A DNA stretch of 64,000 nt from Bacteroidales bacterium (lineage in GTDB: Bacteria; Bacteroidota; Bacteroidia; Bacteroidales; VadinHA17): assembly GCA_025454795.1 (NCBI GenBank), contig JALONT010000001.1, forward strand, positions 64,947-128,946, read 5' to 3'. The notes under the pieces are model-generated. The model ran no database searches and was not told the DNA's origin. It saw only the letters and a program-made list of their open reading frames with translations. This document shows positions 1 to 8,430 of this stretch, piece after piece. The stretch's first letter is position 1, and every line of letters begins with the position of its first letter. The translations under genes were made by a program, and so were the position numbers.

Positions 1-455
1 TAATTGAATTTCTTTCTGAAAATAGCGTGGAACCTGAGGAGATTAATTCTTTTCTGGAAGCACTGGGAACAAATACAATAAAGCAGAAGGTTAAGGCCAT
101 AACAATTGCTGCAAGACCACAGGTTGAACTCAGAGATCTGATTGAGAAAGTAAAAGAAGGAGCAAAATTGCTGGATAAAATATCAAAGAGAAGTGAAGAA
201 ATTTCTGAATCTGCTGAAATAAGCATAAAATATGAGGGGTACATTCAAAGGGAAAAGCTGGTTGCAGAAAAAATAAAAAGATTGGATAATCTAAAAATTC
301 CTGAAGACATTAATTATGGTGAGTTGATTTCAATTTCAACAGAAGGGAGACAAAAATTAGCAAAAATAAAACCGGTTAATATTGGCCAGGCATGTAGAAT
401 AAGCGGAGTTTCACCATCCGATGTCAATATTTTATTAATGTATCTTGGACGGTAA
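1..455 (+). CDS. mnmG: tRNA uridine 5-carboxymethylaminomethyl modification enzyme MnmG/GidA, C-terminal ~150 aa (5' end upstream of window)
   Basis: Frame is open from the window edge, and the track start at 27 is an internal GTG. The C-terminal sequence KYEGYIQRE...GRQKLAKIKPVNIGQACRISGVSPSDVNILLMYL resembles the conserved GidA C-terminal domain. Confidence 0.85.
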   Translation, partial: IEFLSENSVEPEEINSFLEALGTNTIKQKVKAITIAARPQVELRDLIEKVKEGAKLLDKISKRSEEISESAEISIKYEGYIQREKLVAEKIKRLDNLKIPEDINYGELISISTEGRQKLAKIKPVNIGQACRISGVSPSDVNILLMYLGR

Positions 456-458
456 ATG

Positions 459-474
459 TGTTCCACGTGGAACA
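459..474. repeat. 16-bp perfect palindrome TGTTCCACGTGGAACA, 4 nt after the mnmG stop and ~40 nt upstream of apt
   Basis: Read directly. Reverse complement of TGTTCCAC is GTGGAACA. A related copy is at 3112-3123. Confidence 0.9.
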
Positions 475-513
475 AAAAATAATATTTAATAAAGAATAAT
501 AACATAAACATAC

Positions 514-1074
514 ATGAAAGTAAGTGATATTGATTTCCTAAAAGGATTTATAAGAACTATAGAAGATTATCCGATTAAGGGTGTTTCTTTTAAAGATATT
601 TCTCCATTATTGGCCAATGTGAAGGCCATGAAAACTGCTACAGAATGTTTAGTTAAGACATTGCCAACTGAAGTAATTTCTTCAGTAATGGCCGTTGAAT
701 CTAGAGGTTTTATTTTTGGTTCTGTCCTTTCTGTAGTTAATAACGCTCCTTTTATTATGATCAGAAAGGCAGCAAAGCTTCCCCCCGTGGATTCTAACGT
801 GTTTTTTAATTCAAAATCAGAATATGCTTCGGAAAAGTTAGGCTTTAATTCATCTTTTTTAAGTAAAGGGATAATTCTATTACATGATGATGTTTTAGCT
901 ACAGGGGGAACATCAAAATCAGTTATTGAAGCATTGGTAGAGCAATGCGGAATTGATCCTTCAAAAATATATTTATCATTTCTGGTTGAATTGTCCTTTT
1001 TAAAGGGAAAGGATTTCTTATTAAGAGAGAATATTATTCCGGAAAAAAATATAAAGTCTGTACTGGTATATTAA
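514..1074 (+). CDS. apt: adenine phosphoribosyltransferase
   Basis: 186 aa. VESRGFIFG and the PRPP-binding loop LLHDDVLATGGT are typical of type I PRTases/Apt. Confidence 0.85.
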   Translation: MKVSDIDFLKGFIRTIEDYPIKGVSFKDISPLLANVKAMKTATECLVKTLPTEVISSVMAVESRGFIFGSVLSVVNNAPFIMIRKAAKLPPVDSNVFFNSKSEYASEKLGFNSSFLSKGIILLHDDVLATGGTSKSVIEALVEQCGIDPSKIYLSFLVELSFLKGKDFLLRENIIPEKNIKSVLVY

Positions 1075-1140
1075 ATTAGTGAACTATAAATACCTGTTTA
1101 GACTCAAATATTTAAATTTTTAAGTTTGGTTCATCCAGAC

Positions 1141-1249
1141 AGATTGCTTCGCTTCGCTCGCAATGACGGTACTTTCTAATTTATTTTTTACAACCTCACC
1201 ACTGCTTAAAGTAAAATGTAGTGTAATTGCGAGCGAAGCGAAGCAATCT
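1141..1249. repeat. Inverted-repeat element, copy 1, with perfect 24-bp arms and a 61-nt AT-rich spacer
   Basis: AGATTGCTTCGCTTCGCTCGCAAT (1141-1164) is the exact reverse complement of ATTGCGAGCGAAGCGAAGCAATCT (1226-1249). The same arm sequence recurs at 3357-3476. Confidence 0.9.
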
Positions 1250-1292
1250 TTCTCCCGAACGACAAAACACGATTTAAAACAGATTCAATTTG

Positions 1293-1300
1293 TACCTTTG
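1293..1300 (+). promoter_or_regulatory. Bacteroidota-type -7 promoter motif TAnnTTTG (TACCTTTG) upstream of uvrC
   Basis: Motif lies 17 nt upstream of the uvrC ATG at 1317. Confidence 0.45.
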
Positions 1301-1316
1301 AATATAAAATTGTTCT

Positions 1317-3104
1317 ATGGCTATGGACCTTAAGAGTATTTTAACACATCTTCCGGATAAGCCTGGAGTATATCAGTTTATTGATGCTTCCGGGACCATT
1401 CTTTACGTCGGGAAAGCAAAAAACATCAAAAAAAGAGTCTCTTCATATTTTACAAAAAACCAGTCAGGAAAAACTTCCGTAATGCTGAAAAAAGCTGCTG
1501 ATTTAAAACATATCGTGGTAGAAAACGAATCAGATGCACTTTTTCTTGAGAACAATCTTATTAAAAAACACCAGCCCAGGTATAATATACTTCTTAAAGA
1601 CGACAAAACATTTCCCTGGATCTGTATTAAGAAAGAGCATTTTCCACGGGTCTACAGCACCAGAAATCCCATAAGAGACGGGTCGCAGTATTTTGGGCCA
1701 TATACTTCAGGGATAATGGTTAAGACCCTTCTGGAGCTTATCCGGCAACTATATAAACTCAGGACATGCAGCCTTAATTTGTCGGGAGATAACATTAAAG
1801 CAGGTAAATTCAAAGTCTGTCTCGAGTATCATATAGGAAACTGTAAAGCTCCATGCACTGGACTTCAGACGGAGGATGAGTATTCCGAAAACATCCTGCA
1901 GATTAAAAACATTCTAAAAGGACATATCTCATCAGTAATTGAGCACCTGAAACAGCTGATGCTTACATATTCAAAAGAAATGCGTTTTGAAGATGCTCAA
2001 CTTGTAAAGGATAAAATTGTAATTCTTTCGAAGTTCCAGAGCCGATCTGCAATCGTCAGCTCAATAATTAAGAATGTGGATGTTTTTGCAGTTGCCCAGG
2101 ATACAGATAGTACATATATCAATTACCTGAAGGTTATTAACGGTGCTGTTATTCAGGCATTTACGCTTGATCTGAAGAGTCGTGTCGATGAGGAAAAAGA
2201 ATCATTGCTTGGATTTGCTATTACTGAGTTAAGGCAAAGATTATCAAGCGATTCTCCTGAGATAATTGTACCTTTTAAACCAGATATTCTCTTTGAAAAA
2301 ATAAAATATACTATACCAGAAAGAGGCGAAAAACTTAAACTGCTTGAACTGGCAAAGCGCAATGCGGTCTACTATAAACTTGAACAACGGAAAAAACTGG
2401 ATACTCAGAAACCGAAAGACCGCACTGGAAAGAATCTTGAAAAACTGAAGTCTGATCTTCATATGGCAAACCTGCCGGTTCACATAGAATGCTTTGATAA
2501 TTCCAATATCATGGGAAGCAATCCGGTTGCAGCATGTGTTGTATTCAGGAATGCAAGACCCAGCAAAAAAGATTACAGGCACTTCAATGTGAAAACAGTT
2601 TCAGGCCCCGATGATTTCTCATCAATGGAAGAGATCGTTTTCCGGCGGTATAATAGAATGCTGAATGAGAAACAACCGCTTCCACAACTTATTATCATTG
2701 ACGGTGGAAAGGGCCAGCTCTCTTCTGCAACAAAGAGTCTTGAAAAGCTTGGAATAAAGGAAACTGTAACTGTAATCGGTATAGCAAAAAAGCTGGAAGA
2801 AATCTATTTCCCCGGAGACAGCGTTCCGCTCTATCTTGATAAGAATTCGATAAGCCTGAAAATTATTCAGCAACTTAGAAATGAAGCCCACAGATTTGGA
2901 ATCTCTTTCCACCGTGATAAACGTTCTTCTGAAATGACAAAATCAGATCTTGATCTGATAAAAGGTATCGGAACAAAAACAAAAGAGATTTTATTTAAAA
3001 ACATAGGGTCTGTTGAAAAAATTAAAAACAGCAGCTTTGACGATCTAAAGAAACTGGTCGGAATGAAAAAAGCAGTACTCCTGACGGATTACTTCAAAAA
3101 ATAG
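1317..3104 (+). CDS. uvrC: excinuclease ABC subunit C
   Basis: 595 aa. N-terminal GIY-YIG (PGVYQFIDASGTILYVGKAKNIKKR), UVR domain, central endonuclease domain and C-terminal HhH. Confidence 0.95.
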   Translation: MAMDLKSILTHLPDKPGVYQFIDASGTILYVGKAKNIKKRVSSYFTKNQSGKTSVMLKKAADLKHIVVENESDALFLENNLIKKHQPRYNILLKDDKTFPWICIKKEHFPRVYSTRNPIRDGSQYFGPYTSGIMVKTLLELIRQLYKLRTCSLNLSGDNIKAGKFKVCLEYHIGNCKAPCTGLQTEDEYSENILQIKNILKGHISSVIEHLKQLMLTYSKEMRFEDAQLVKDKIVILSKFQSRSAIVSSIIKNVDVFAVAQDTDSTYINYLKVINGAVIQAFTLDLKSRVDEEKESLLGFAITELRQRLSSDSPEIIVPFKPDILFEKIKYTIPERGEKLKLLELAKRNAVYYKLEQRKKLDTQKPKDRTGKNLEKLKSDLHMANLPVHIECFDNSNIMGSNPVAACVVFRNARPSKKDYRHFNVKTVSGPDDFSSMEEIVFRRYNRMLNEKQPLPQLIIIDGGKGQLSSATKSLEKLGIKETVTVIGIAKKLEEIYFPGDSVPLYLDKNSISLKIIQQLRNEAHRFGISFHRDKRSSEMTKSDLDLIKGIGTKTKEILFKNIGSVEKIKNSSFDDLKKLVGMKKAVLLTDYFKK

Positions 3105-3111
3105 CCCTGGT

Positions 3112-3123
3112 TTCCACGTGGAA
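3112..3123. repeat. 12-bp palindrome TTCCACGTGGAA, second copy of the CACGTG-centred palindrome, 8 nt after the uvrC stop
   Basis: Read directly. Context is GTTTCCACGTGGAACA, against TGTTCCACGTGGAACA at 459-474. Confidence 0.85.
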
Positions 3124-3356
3124 CAATGAATGTTTAAATAACCTATAAAAGGCAGAAATACAAATAATTAAGATACTTTATCTGAGGTGTTAACTCTGCG
3201 AGAATTGAATATTTAATGCTTAGCGGAGAGACGGAGGGGAATTTTCGGTGTAAAAAGAGGAATTTTTCGAATACAAACTAATAGCGGTCGAAATTTGGTA
3301 GCTACTGCTTTTTACCAACCCGAAACGTCTTTACGAAAGTTTGAGGTGAATGATTA

Positions 3357-3476
3357 AGATTGCTTCGCTTCGCCCGCAATGACAATTGACTTTTTAAATT
3401 CCCTGGTAAGACAAGTAACCAACCTTCGGTATAATTACCGTCATTGCGAGTCCGACGAAGGAGGACGAAGCAATCT
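3357..3476. repeat. Inverted-repeat element, copy 2, with imperfect arms and an insertion in the right arm
   Basis: Left arm is AGATTGCTTCGCTTCGCCCGCAATGAC (3357-3383). Right arm is GTCATTGCGAGTCCGACGAAGGAGGACGAAGCAATCT (3440-3476). The arm ends pair exactly (AGATTGCTTCG/CGAAGCAATCT and CGCAATGAC/GTCATTGCG). Confidence 0.85.
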
Positions 3477-3507
3477 TTTACCCACATCAACCATTCAAAA
3501 AAAATTG

Positions 3508-4143
3508 TTATTGTGATGGCCGTAGCGAAGGACCAACCTCATCCGGTAATCCTGATTCTGATAGTTTTTCTTTCAGCGATTCTGTCTCTGACAGATGAAT
3601 CCCCTTCATCCCTAAAAATTCTGCAGCCAGGACATTAGGTTCTTTATCGTCTATATATAGTGACTCTTCAGGACTGATCATGTATTTTTCGAAAAGGATC
3701 TGATAAATACGGAAATCAGGTTTTGAATATTTTACCTCTGCAGAAATTAACCCTCCATCAAAGTACCTGAAAAAAGAATACCCGTTTTTGATCTCATCAA
3801 AAATATCCAGGGGAAAGTTTGAAAGATAATATAACTTAAAACCTCTTTTTTTAAGCTTAGGAAGAAGTCTGACATTTGACTCAAGGGGAAACATGATATC
3901 GGTTCGTTTATTGAAAATAAGGGCTATTTCCTCCCTTTTTAAAGAGGACCTCCGGGATATACTGTTAATTGCTTCTTCCGGGGTAAGATTTCCGTTATCA
4001 ATTAAAAGCCATTCCTGGCTGCCAAATATATCCCTGAGAATTATATCCCTGATCTCCGGGCTATAATTATTCTTTTCAAGGTATTCAGACGGACGGAAGC
4101 TGATTAAAACATTTCCCAGGTCAAAGACAATATTACGGATCAT
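3508..4143 (-). CDS. HAD superfamily hydrolase (subfamily IA-like phosphatase)
   Basis: 211 aa. N-terminal motif I IVFDLGNVL and C-terminal YIDD motif. Sits 1 nt from the downstream PFK gene. Confidence 0.8.
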   Translation of the reverse strand: MIRNIVFDLGNVLISFRPSEYLEKNNYSPEIRDIILRDIFGSQEWLLIDNGNLTPEEAINSISRRSSLKREEIALIFNKRTDIMFPLESNVRLLPKLKKRGFKLYYLSNFPLDIFDEIKNGYSFFRYFDGGLISAEVKYSKPDFRIYQILFEKYMISPEESLYIDDKEPNVLAAEFLGMKGIHLSETESLKEKLSESGLPDEVGPSLRPSQ

Positions 4144-4144
4144 A

Positions 4145-5470
4145 TTAAGGGTTCTTCATACTGATGGGTTGCCCGGTTGCCTCAAGGACATTCCACCAGA
4201 GTTCACCCTCGACATCAATCTTTTTCCTTTTTGCCACTGCCATCGGGATGGGAATAAGAGTAAACTCGTTGTTCCAGTATCCAATAACAAAATCAGTTTT
4301 TCCGGCCAGGGCTGCATGAACTGCATTCTGTGCAAGAAGGTTACAGAATTTGCTGTCGTTGGCGTTTGCCGGTGCGCTTCTGATAATATAACTGGGATCG
4401 ATATATTTTATTGAATAGGGAAATTTCTTAGAGTCAAACTCCTCCCTGATCTTTTCTTTCAGATAGACTCCAATGTCCTTATGCTTAATATTTCCTGAAG
4501 CGTCCTTTTCTGATTCTGTGTCTTCAAACAAGTCCTGTCCTGCCCCTTCAGCAACTACTATAACTGCATGATGTCGCTCCTCAAGCCGTTTCCGGAGTAC
4601 TTTCAGAAATCCGCGTGTTCCATAAAGGTCAAAAGATATTTCGGGGATGAGAACAAAATTTACTTCCTGGATGGCAAGAGCTGCACTGGCAGCAATAAAT
4701 CCGGAATCACGGCCCATAAGCTTTACCAGGGCAATCCCATTATAAGCAGACTGAGCTTCATTATGGGCATTTTTGATAATGTCGTTTGCGATTGAAAACG
4801 CAGATTCAAACCCGAATGATTTTTGTATAAGGTCAATATCGTTGTCAATCGTTTTGGGAATACCGGCAACTGAAATTTTAAGTTTCCTTTTCTGAATCTC
4901 TTCATGGATTGCATGTGCTCCACGTAATGTCCCATCACCTCCGATACAAAAAAGAACATTGATATTCAGGATCTCAAGTGTATCAACCATTTTTTCGACA
5001 TTCTGATTTCCCCGGGAGGTACCAAGAAATGTTCCTCCGGAAAGGTGGATATCACTAACCATTGGCGCTGTCATCTCAATAACAGGATGGTTATAACCGG
5101 AGATCAGACCCTCATAACCATATTTAATTCCAAGGATCCTGCTTATTCCATATCTGTAAAATAGCTGGTTGACAAGACTGCGGATCACGCTATTTAAGCC
5201 TGGGCATAAACCACCACAGGTAACAATTCCCACCTTTGTTTTTGCAGGTTCGAAAAATATATTTTCCTTGGGTCCGGCTTTTTCAAATGAGACAGGAATC
5301 TCACCTGTTTCCCTGCATTTGTTGAAATAATCAACAGAGACATCATACAGGATCCTTTCATTATCTTCAACGAACTTATATACAGGACTGTCAACCCGCT
5401 GACTCTGCTTCAAAGGCGAAATCACATTTCCCCTGCCATGGGATGAGATCAGAAAATCCTTATATTCCAT
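4145..5470 (-). CDS. pfkA: 6-phosphofructokinase, long form, with a GGDG motif (ATP-type signature)
   Basis: 441 aa. GIVTCGGLCPGLNSVIR, CIGGDGTLRGA, IPKTIDNDI, MGRDSGFIA. Confidence 0.85.
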   Translation of the reverse strand: MEYKDFLISSHGRGNVISPLKQSQRVDSPVYKFVEDNERILYDVSVDYFNKCRETGEIPVSFEKAGPKENIFFEPAKTKVGIVTCGGLCPGLNSVIRSLVNQLFYRYGISRILGIKYGYEGLISGYNHPVIEMTAPMVSDIHLSGGTFLGTSRGNQNVEKMVDTLEILNINVLFCIGGDGTLRGAHAIHEEIQKRKLKISVAGIPKTIDNDIDLIQKSFGFESAFSIANDIIKNAHNEAQSAYNGIALVKLMGRDSGFIAASAALAIQEVNFVLIPEISFDLYGTRGFLKVLRKRLEERHHAVIVVAEGAGQDLFEDTESEKDASGNIKHKDIGVYLKEKIREEFDSKKFPYSIKYIDPSYIIRSAPANANDSKFCNLLAQNAVHAALAGKTDFVIGYWNNEFTLIPIPMAVAKRKKIDVEGELWWNVLEATGQPISMKNP

Positions 5471-5582
5471 CTTTTGAGATATTGAATTAGTAGATTATTC
5501 CGGGAGAATTATTTTAATCTCACCGGATTCAAATTTAGTTAATTTTTTGAATGATTGACAAATATAGAGTCCTGTAATCTGA

Positions 5583-5786
5583 TCAGATAATCTGTTTGAT
5601 TCTTCCTACCAGTCCGCTTTCGAGCATTACCTTGATGCCGTGCGGATGGTTAGGTGAAGAGGTAAGTATTTCCTTTACTTTACCGCTTGTAAGTTTTCCG
5701 GTACGCTTATGTTCAGTTAGTTCAACCATTACTGCAATTCCCGGTTTAATATCAGCCCTGCGAGTTCCTTCCATAGCAAAATACAA
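5583..5786 (-). CDS. YwbE family protein (DUF2196)
   Basis: 67 aa. RADIKPG...RTGKLTSGKVKEILTSSPNHPHGIKVMLESGLVGRIKQI closely resembles Bacillus YwbE. Confidence 0.8.
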   Translation of the reverse strand: MYFAMEGTRRADIKPGIAVMVELTEHKRTGKLTSGKVKEILTSSPNHPHGIKVMLESGLVGRIKQII

Positions 5787-5887
5787 TTAATCTTTCCTTT
5801 ATTAATCTAAAAATAAAGGTACAATTATATAAAAAAATCATCGAGATTCAGTAATGAAAGAATAATCTTTATCACAATTTCAGAAGA

Positions 5888-6088
5888 TTATTTTTTTTTG
5901 CTGGTAATGAGTGCATTAGCAACCCTTTCTGCATAATTATCAATCTGTTCCGGTTTCTCAAATCCCACGATTATCATATCAACTGTTCCGAGACCAAGTA
6001 CATACTTAAGTGACCGGTCAATCTTTTCGGAATCATTACTGAAAGTTCCATTTCCGATAATCTTCATTCCAATGACACCTTTTCCCAT
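5888..6088 (-). pseudogene. Possible remnant of an aldo/keto reductase C-terminus (66-aa ORF)
   Basis: GKGVIGMK...LKYVLGLGTVDMIIVGFEKPEQIDNYAE resembles the last ~65 aa of AKR-fold oxidoreductases. There is no room upstream for the rest of the fold, because the thioesterase gene ends 19 nt away. Confidence 0.35.
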
Positions 6089-6107
6089 ATTATTTCATTG
6101 TCATTTA

Positions 6108-6512
6108 TTATAAACCAAGTCTTTGAATCAGATTTCCGGGAGAAACCGGTTTCCCGTTCCTTGTCGCCACTCCGGTGACCTTTGACTTCACAATAAGCTT
6201 TTCATCGGGTAGTCTGTAAATATCCTGCACAAACAAAAGCCTTACATTACCTTCTCTGACCAGATTAATACGGACGACAAATTTATCGGAACTCCTGAGA
6301 GGATATTTATAGTCTATTTCAACTCTGGTGACAATAAGATCAAGGCCTTCACCGTGAAGTTGTGAAAAGCTGATGTTCTTTGAAAGCAGAAACTCATGCC
6401 TTGCATGCTCAAGATAATGCTGGTAATTAGCATTATTAACAACACCCTGGATGTCGCATTCGTAATCTCTTACGGTAAATTCCACACTGAAATTATAGCA
6501 GTTCTCTGCCAT
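6108..6512 (-). CDS. acyl-CoA thioesterase, hotdog fold (4HBT/YbgC-like)
   Basis: 134 aa. VRDYECDIQGVVNNANYQHYLEHARHEFL is the typical 4HBT N-terminal motif. Confidence 0.8.
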   Translation of the reverse strand: MAENCYNFSVEFTVRDYECDIQGVVNNANYQHYLEHARHEFLLSKNISFSQLHGEGLDLIVTRVEIDYKYPLRSSDKFVVRINLVREGNVRLLFVQDIYRLPDEKLIVKSKVTGVATRNGKPVSPGNLIQRLGL

Positions 6513-6531
6513 GCTAAAACAGATTAATATC

Positions 6532-6981
6532 TTATTTCGGAAAGTTTCTGAAAAACTTTTTCAGACTTCCGTGAAATTTATGGATACCGTGTGGCTTAAA
6601 GTGCATAAGTATGCATTGGCCTGAAATATAATTAATGCCGGAACCTTCAAGTTCTTTAAGAGCATCCTTGGTTTCAGACATCTGCTGGATCCAGATCTGT
6701 TTAAATCCCTTTTCCCTGGCTTCTCTGACAACACCGGCAGTCTGTGATTTTGGTGTCATAATTACCAGCCCCTGTACTGAATCCGGAAGTGATTTCAGAT
6801 CGGGATAAGTCTTTGCCCCATGTATCACCTCAGCATGCGGATTGACCGGAATGATGTCCATCCCTTTTTCTTTTAACTCTCTGAAAGCAGCAAAACCGAA
6901 TTTTTTAGGATTTCGCGAAACACCGACCATTGCTATTGGTTCGACAGCAATAAATTCTTCAATCTGTTTTAAGGTTATCAT
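6532..6981 (-). CDS. CoA-binding domain protein
   Basis: 149 aa. IAMVGVSRNPKKFGFAAFRELKEKGMDIIPVNP is typical of the CoA_binding_2 family. Confidence 0.75.
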   Translation of the reverse strand: MITLKQIEEFIAVEPIAMVGVSRNPKKFGFAAFRELKEKGMDIIPVNPHAEVIHGAKTYPDLKSLPDSVQGLVIMTPKSQTAGVVREAREKGFKQIWIQQMSETKDALKELEGSGINYISGQCILMHFKPHGIHKFHGSLKKFFRNFPK

Positions 6982-7127
6982 CTTTACAAATTATTTTTTA
7001 TTTAATGTTTAAAATTAGAGTTGATTTAAGTAAAGGCCACTAAGTATAAAGACTTAAAATTACGATAAAGATACCAACAGAAAATAATTTTTATTTACTT
7101 AGTCAAAGGGTAAATAAAAAAAACACT

Positions 7128-8411
7128 ATGGAGAAGTCTGATAACCGCCAGGGATACCTTTTTTCAAAAAGATACTCAAATTATATTTTTGTTTTGCTGT
7201 TCCTTTTATACATGTTCGATTATATCGACAGGATGGTCATTACGTCCATGTGGCCGTCAATCGGAAAAGACTTGGGAATATCACATATGCAGGAAGGAAT
7301 GCTCGTTTCTGCAGTTTACTGGGCTATAGTACTGCTCACTTTTCCGGTGTCATTGCTTGTGGACCGCTGGAGCAGAACAAAGACAATAGGAATAATGGCG
7401 ATCATGTGGAGCCTTGCCACGGCACTTTGCGCACTGACAGGCAATTATGTTCAGCTGTTCATGGCCCGTGCATTGATCGGAATAGGAGAGGCAGGATATG
7501 CTCCCGGAGGAAGTGCAATGATATCCGCATTATTCCCGATAGAAAAAAGATCAAGGATGATGGGAATCTGGAATGCTTCCATTCCTCTTGGAACTGCCAT
7601 AGGCCACCTCCTTGGCGGAGTAATTGCAGTTCACCTGGGATGGAAACATGCTTTTGGTATTGTTGCTCTGCCGGGACTAATAATTGCTTTGCTGTTTCTG
7701 TTCCTGAAAGATTATAAAACTGTGGACCTGGCTTTCATCGATAAAACCAGAAATAAAATTAAGATGAAAAGGAAGGATATGGTCCAGGAGTTTTTGACCA
7801 GGCCTTCTGTTATTTACACGTATTTTGGAATGGCGGCTGTGGTTTTTTGCACAACCGCTCTTATAACCTGGTTGTCAACATATTTTCAAAATATGCAGGG
7901 AATGCCGATGGATAAAGCAGGTATGAAAGCAAGTGTAGTGATGGTCCTTGCCCTGGTGGGAGCTCCTTTGGGTGGCTATTTAACGGATGCTTGGCGTAAA
8001 AAGCGGACAAATGCAAGACTTTTGTTACCTGCAATTTCTACCCTGTGTACCGCAATAGTCCTGTTTATTGCATTGCATTTAACTCCAGGAACTTTACAGT
8101 ATATTCTGCTTCTCCTGATGGGAATTCTCATTATGTGTTTTATTGCGGGAGCCGGAGCTGTAACACAGGATGTAATCCATCCCGGAATGAGGGCAATATC
8201 CTATTCTATTGCCGTTATAATTCAAAACCTTCTAGGATCTGCAATGGCACCAATGTTAGTGGGCAAGATATATGATAAATCAAACATTGAAACTGCACTT
8301 TCGATTCTTCCTTTCATTCTTGTTGTCGGAGCGATCCTCTTTTACATAGGATCCAGATATTACGATAGAGATATGGAGAAAGTCGCCAAGATTAAGCTTG
8401 AAGCAGCCTGA
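7128..8411 (+). CDS. MFS transporter
   Basis: 427 aa with ~12 predicted hydrophobic segments. The DRWSRTKTIG loop matches MFS signature motif A. Confidence 0.85.
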   Translation: MEKSDNRQGYLFSKRYSNYIFVLLFLLYMFDYIDRMVITSMWPSIGKDLGISHMQEGMLVSAVYWAIVLLTFPVSLLVDRWSRTKTIGIMAIMWSLATALCALTGNYVQLFMARALIGIGEAGYAPGGSAMISALFPIEKRSRMMGIWNASIPLGTAIGHLLGGVIAVHLGWKHAFGIVALPGLIIALLFLFLKDYKTVDLAFIDKTRNKIKMKRKDMVQEFLTRPSVIYTYFGMAAVVFCTTALITWLSTYFQNMQGMPMDKAGMKASVVMVLALVGAPLGGYLTDAWRKKRTNARLLLPAISTLCTAIVLFIALHLTPGTLQYILLLLMGILIMCFIAGAGAVTQDVIHPGMRAISYSIAVIIQNLLGSAMAPMLVGKIYDKSNIETALSILPFILVVGAILFYIGSRYYDRDMEKVAKIKLEAA

Positions 8412-8430
8412 AAATAGTCCGGGCGGGAAA

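Noticed and set aside
3302-3638. 62-aa and 64-aa ORFs in the uvrC-HAD intergenic region
   Set aside because: Both are read straight through the inverted-repeat arms (for example ...SLRAKRSNL... from GCGAAGCGAAGCAATC). Peptides of this kind are a well-known artefact of these repeats.
7250-7717. 155-aa same-strand alternative-frame ORF inside the MFS transporter gene
   Set aside because: The translation is Arg/Cys/Asn-rich and unlike any protein. The overlapping frame encodes a complete 12-TM MFS protein.
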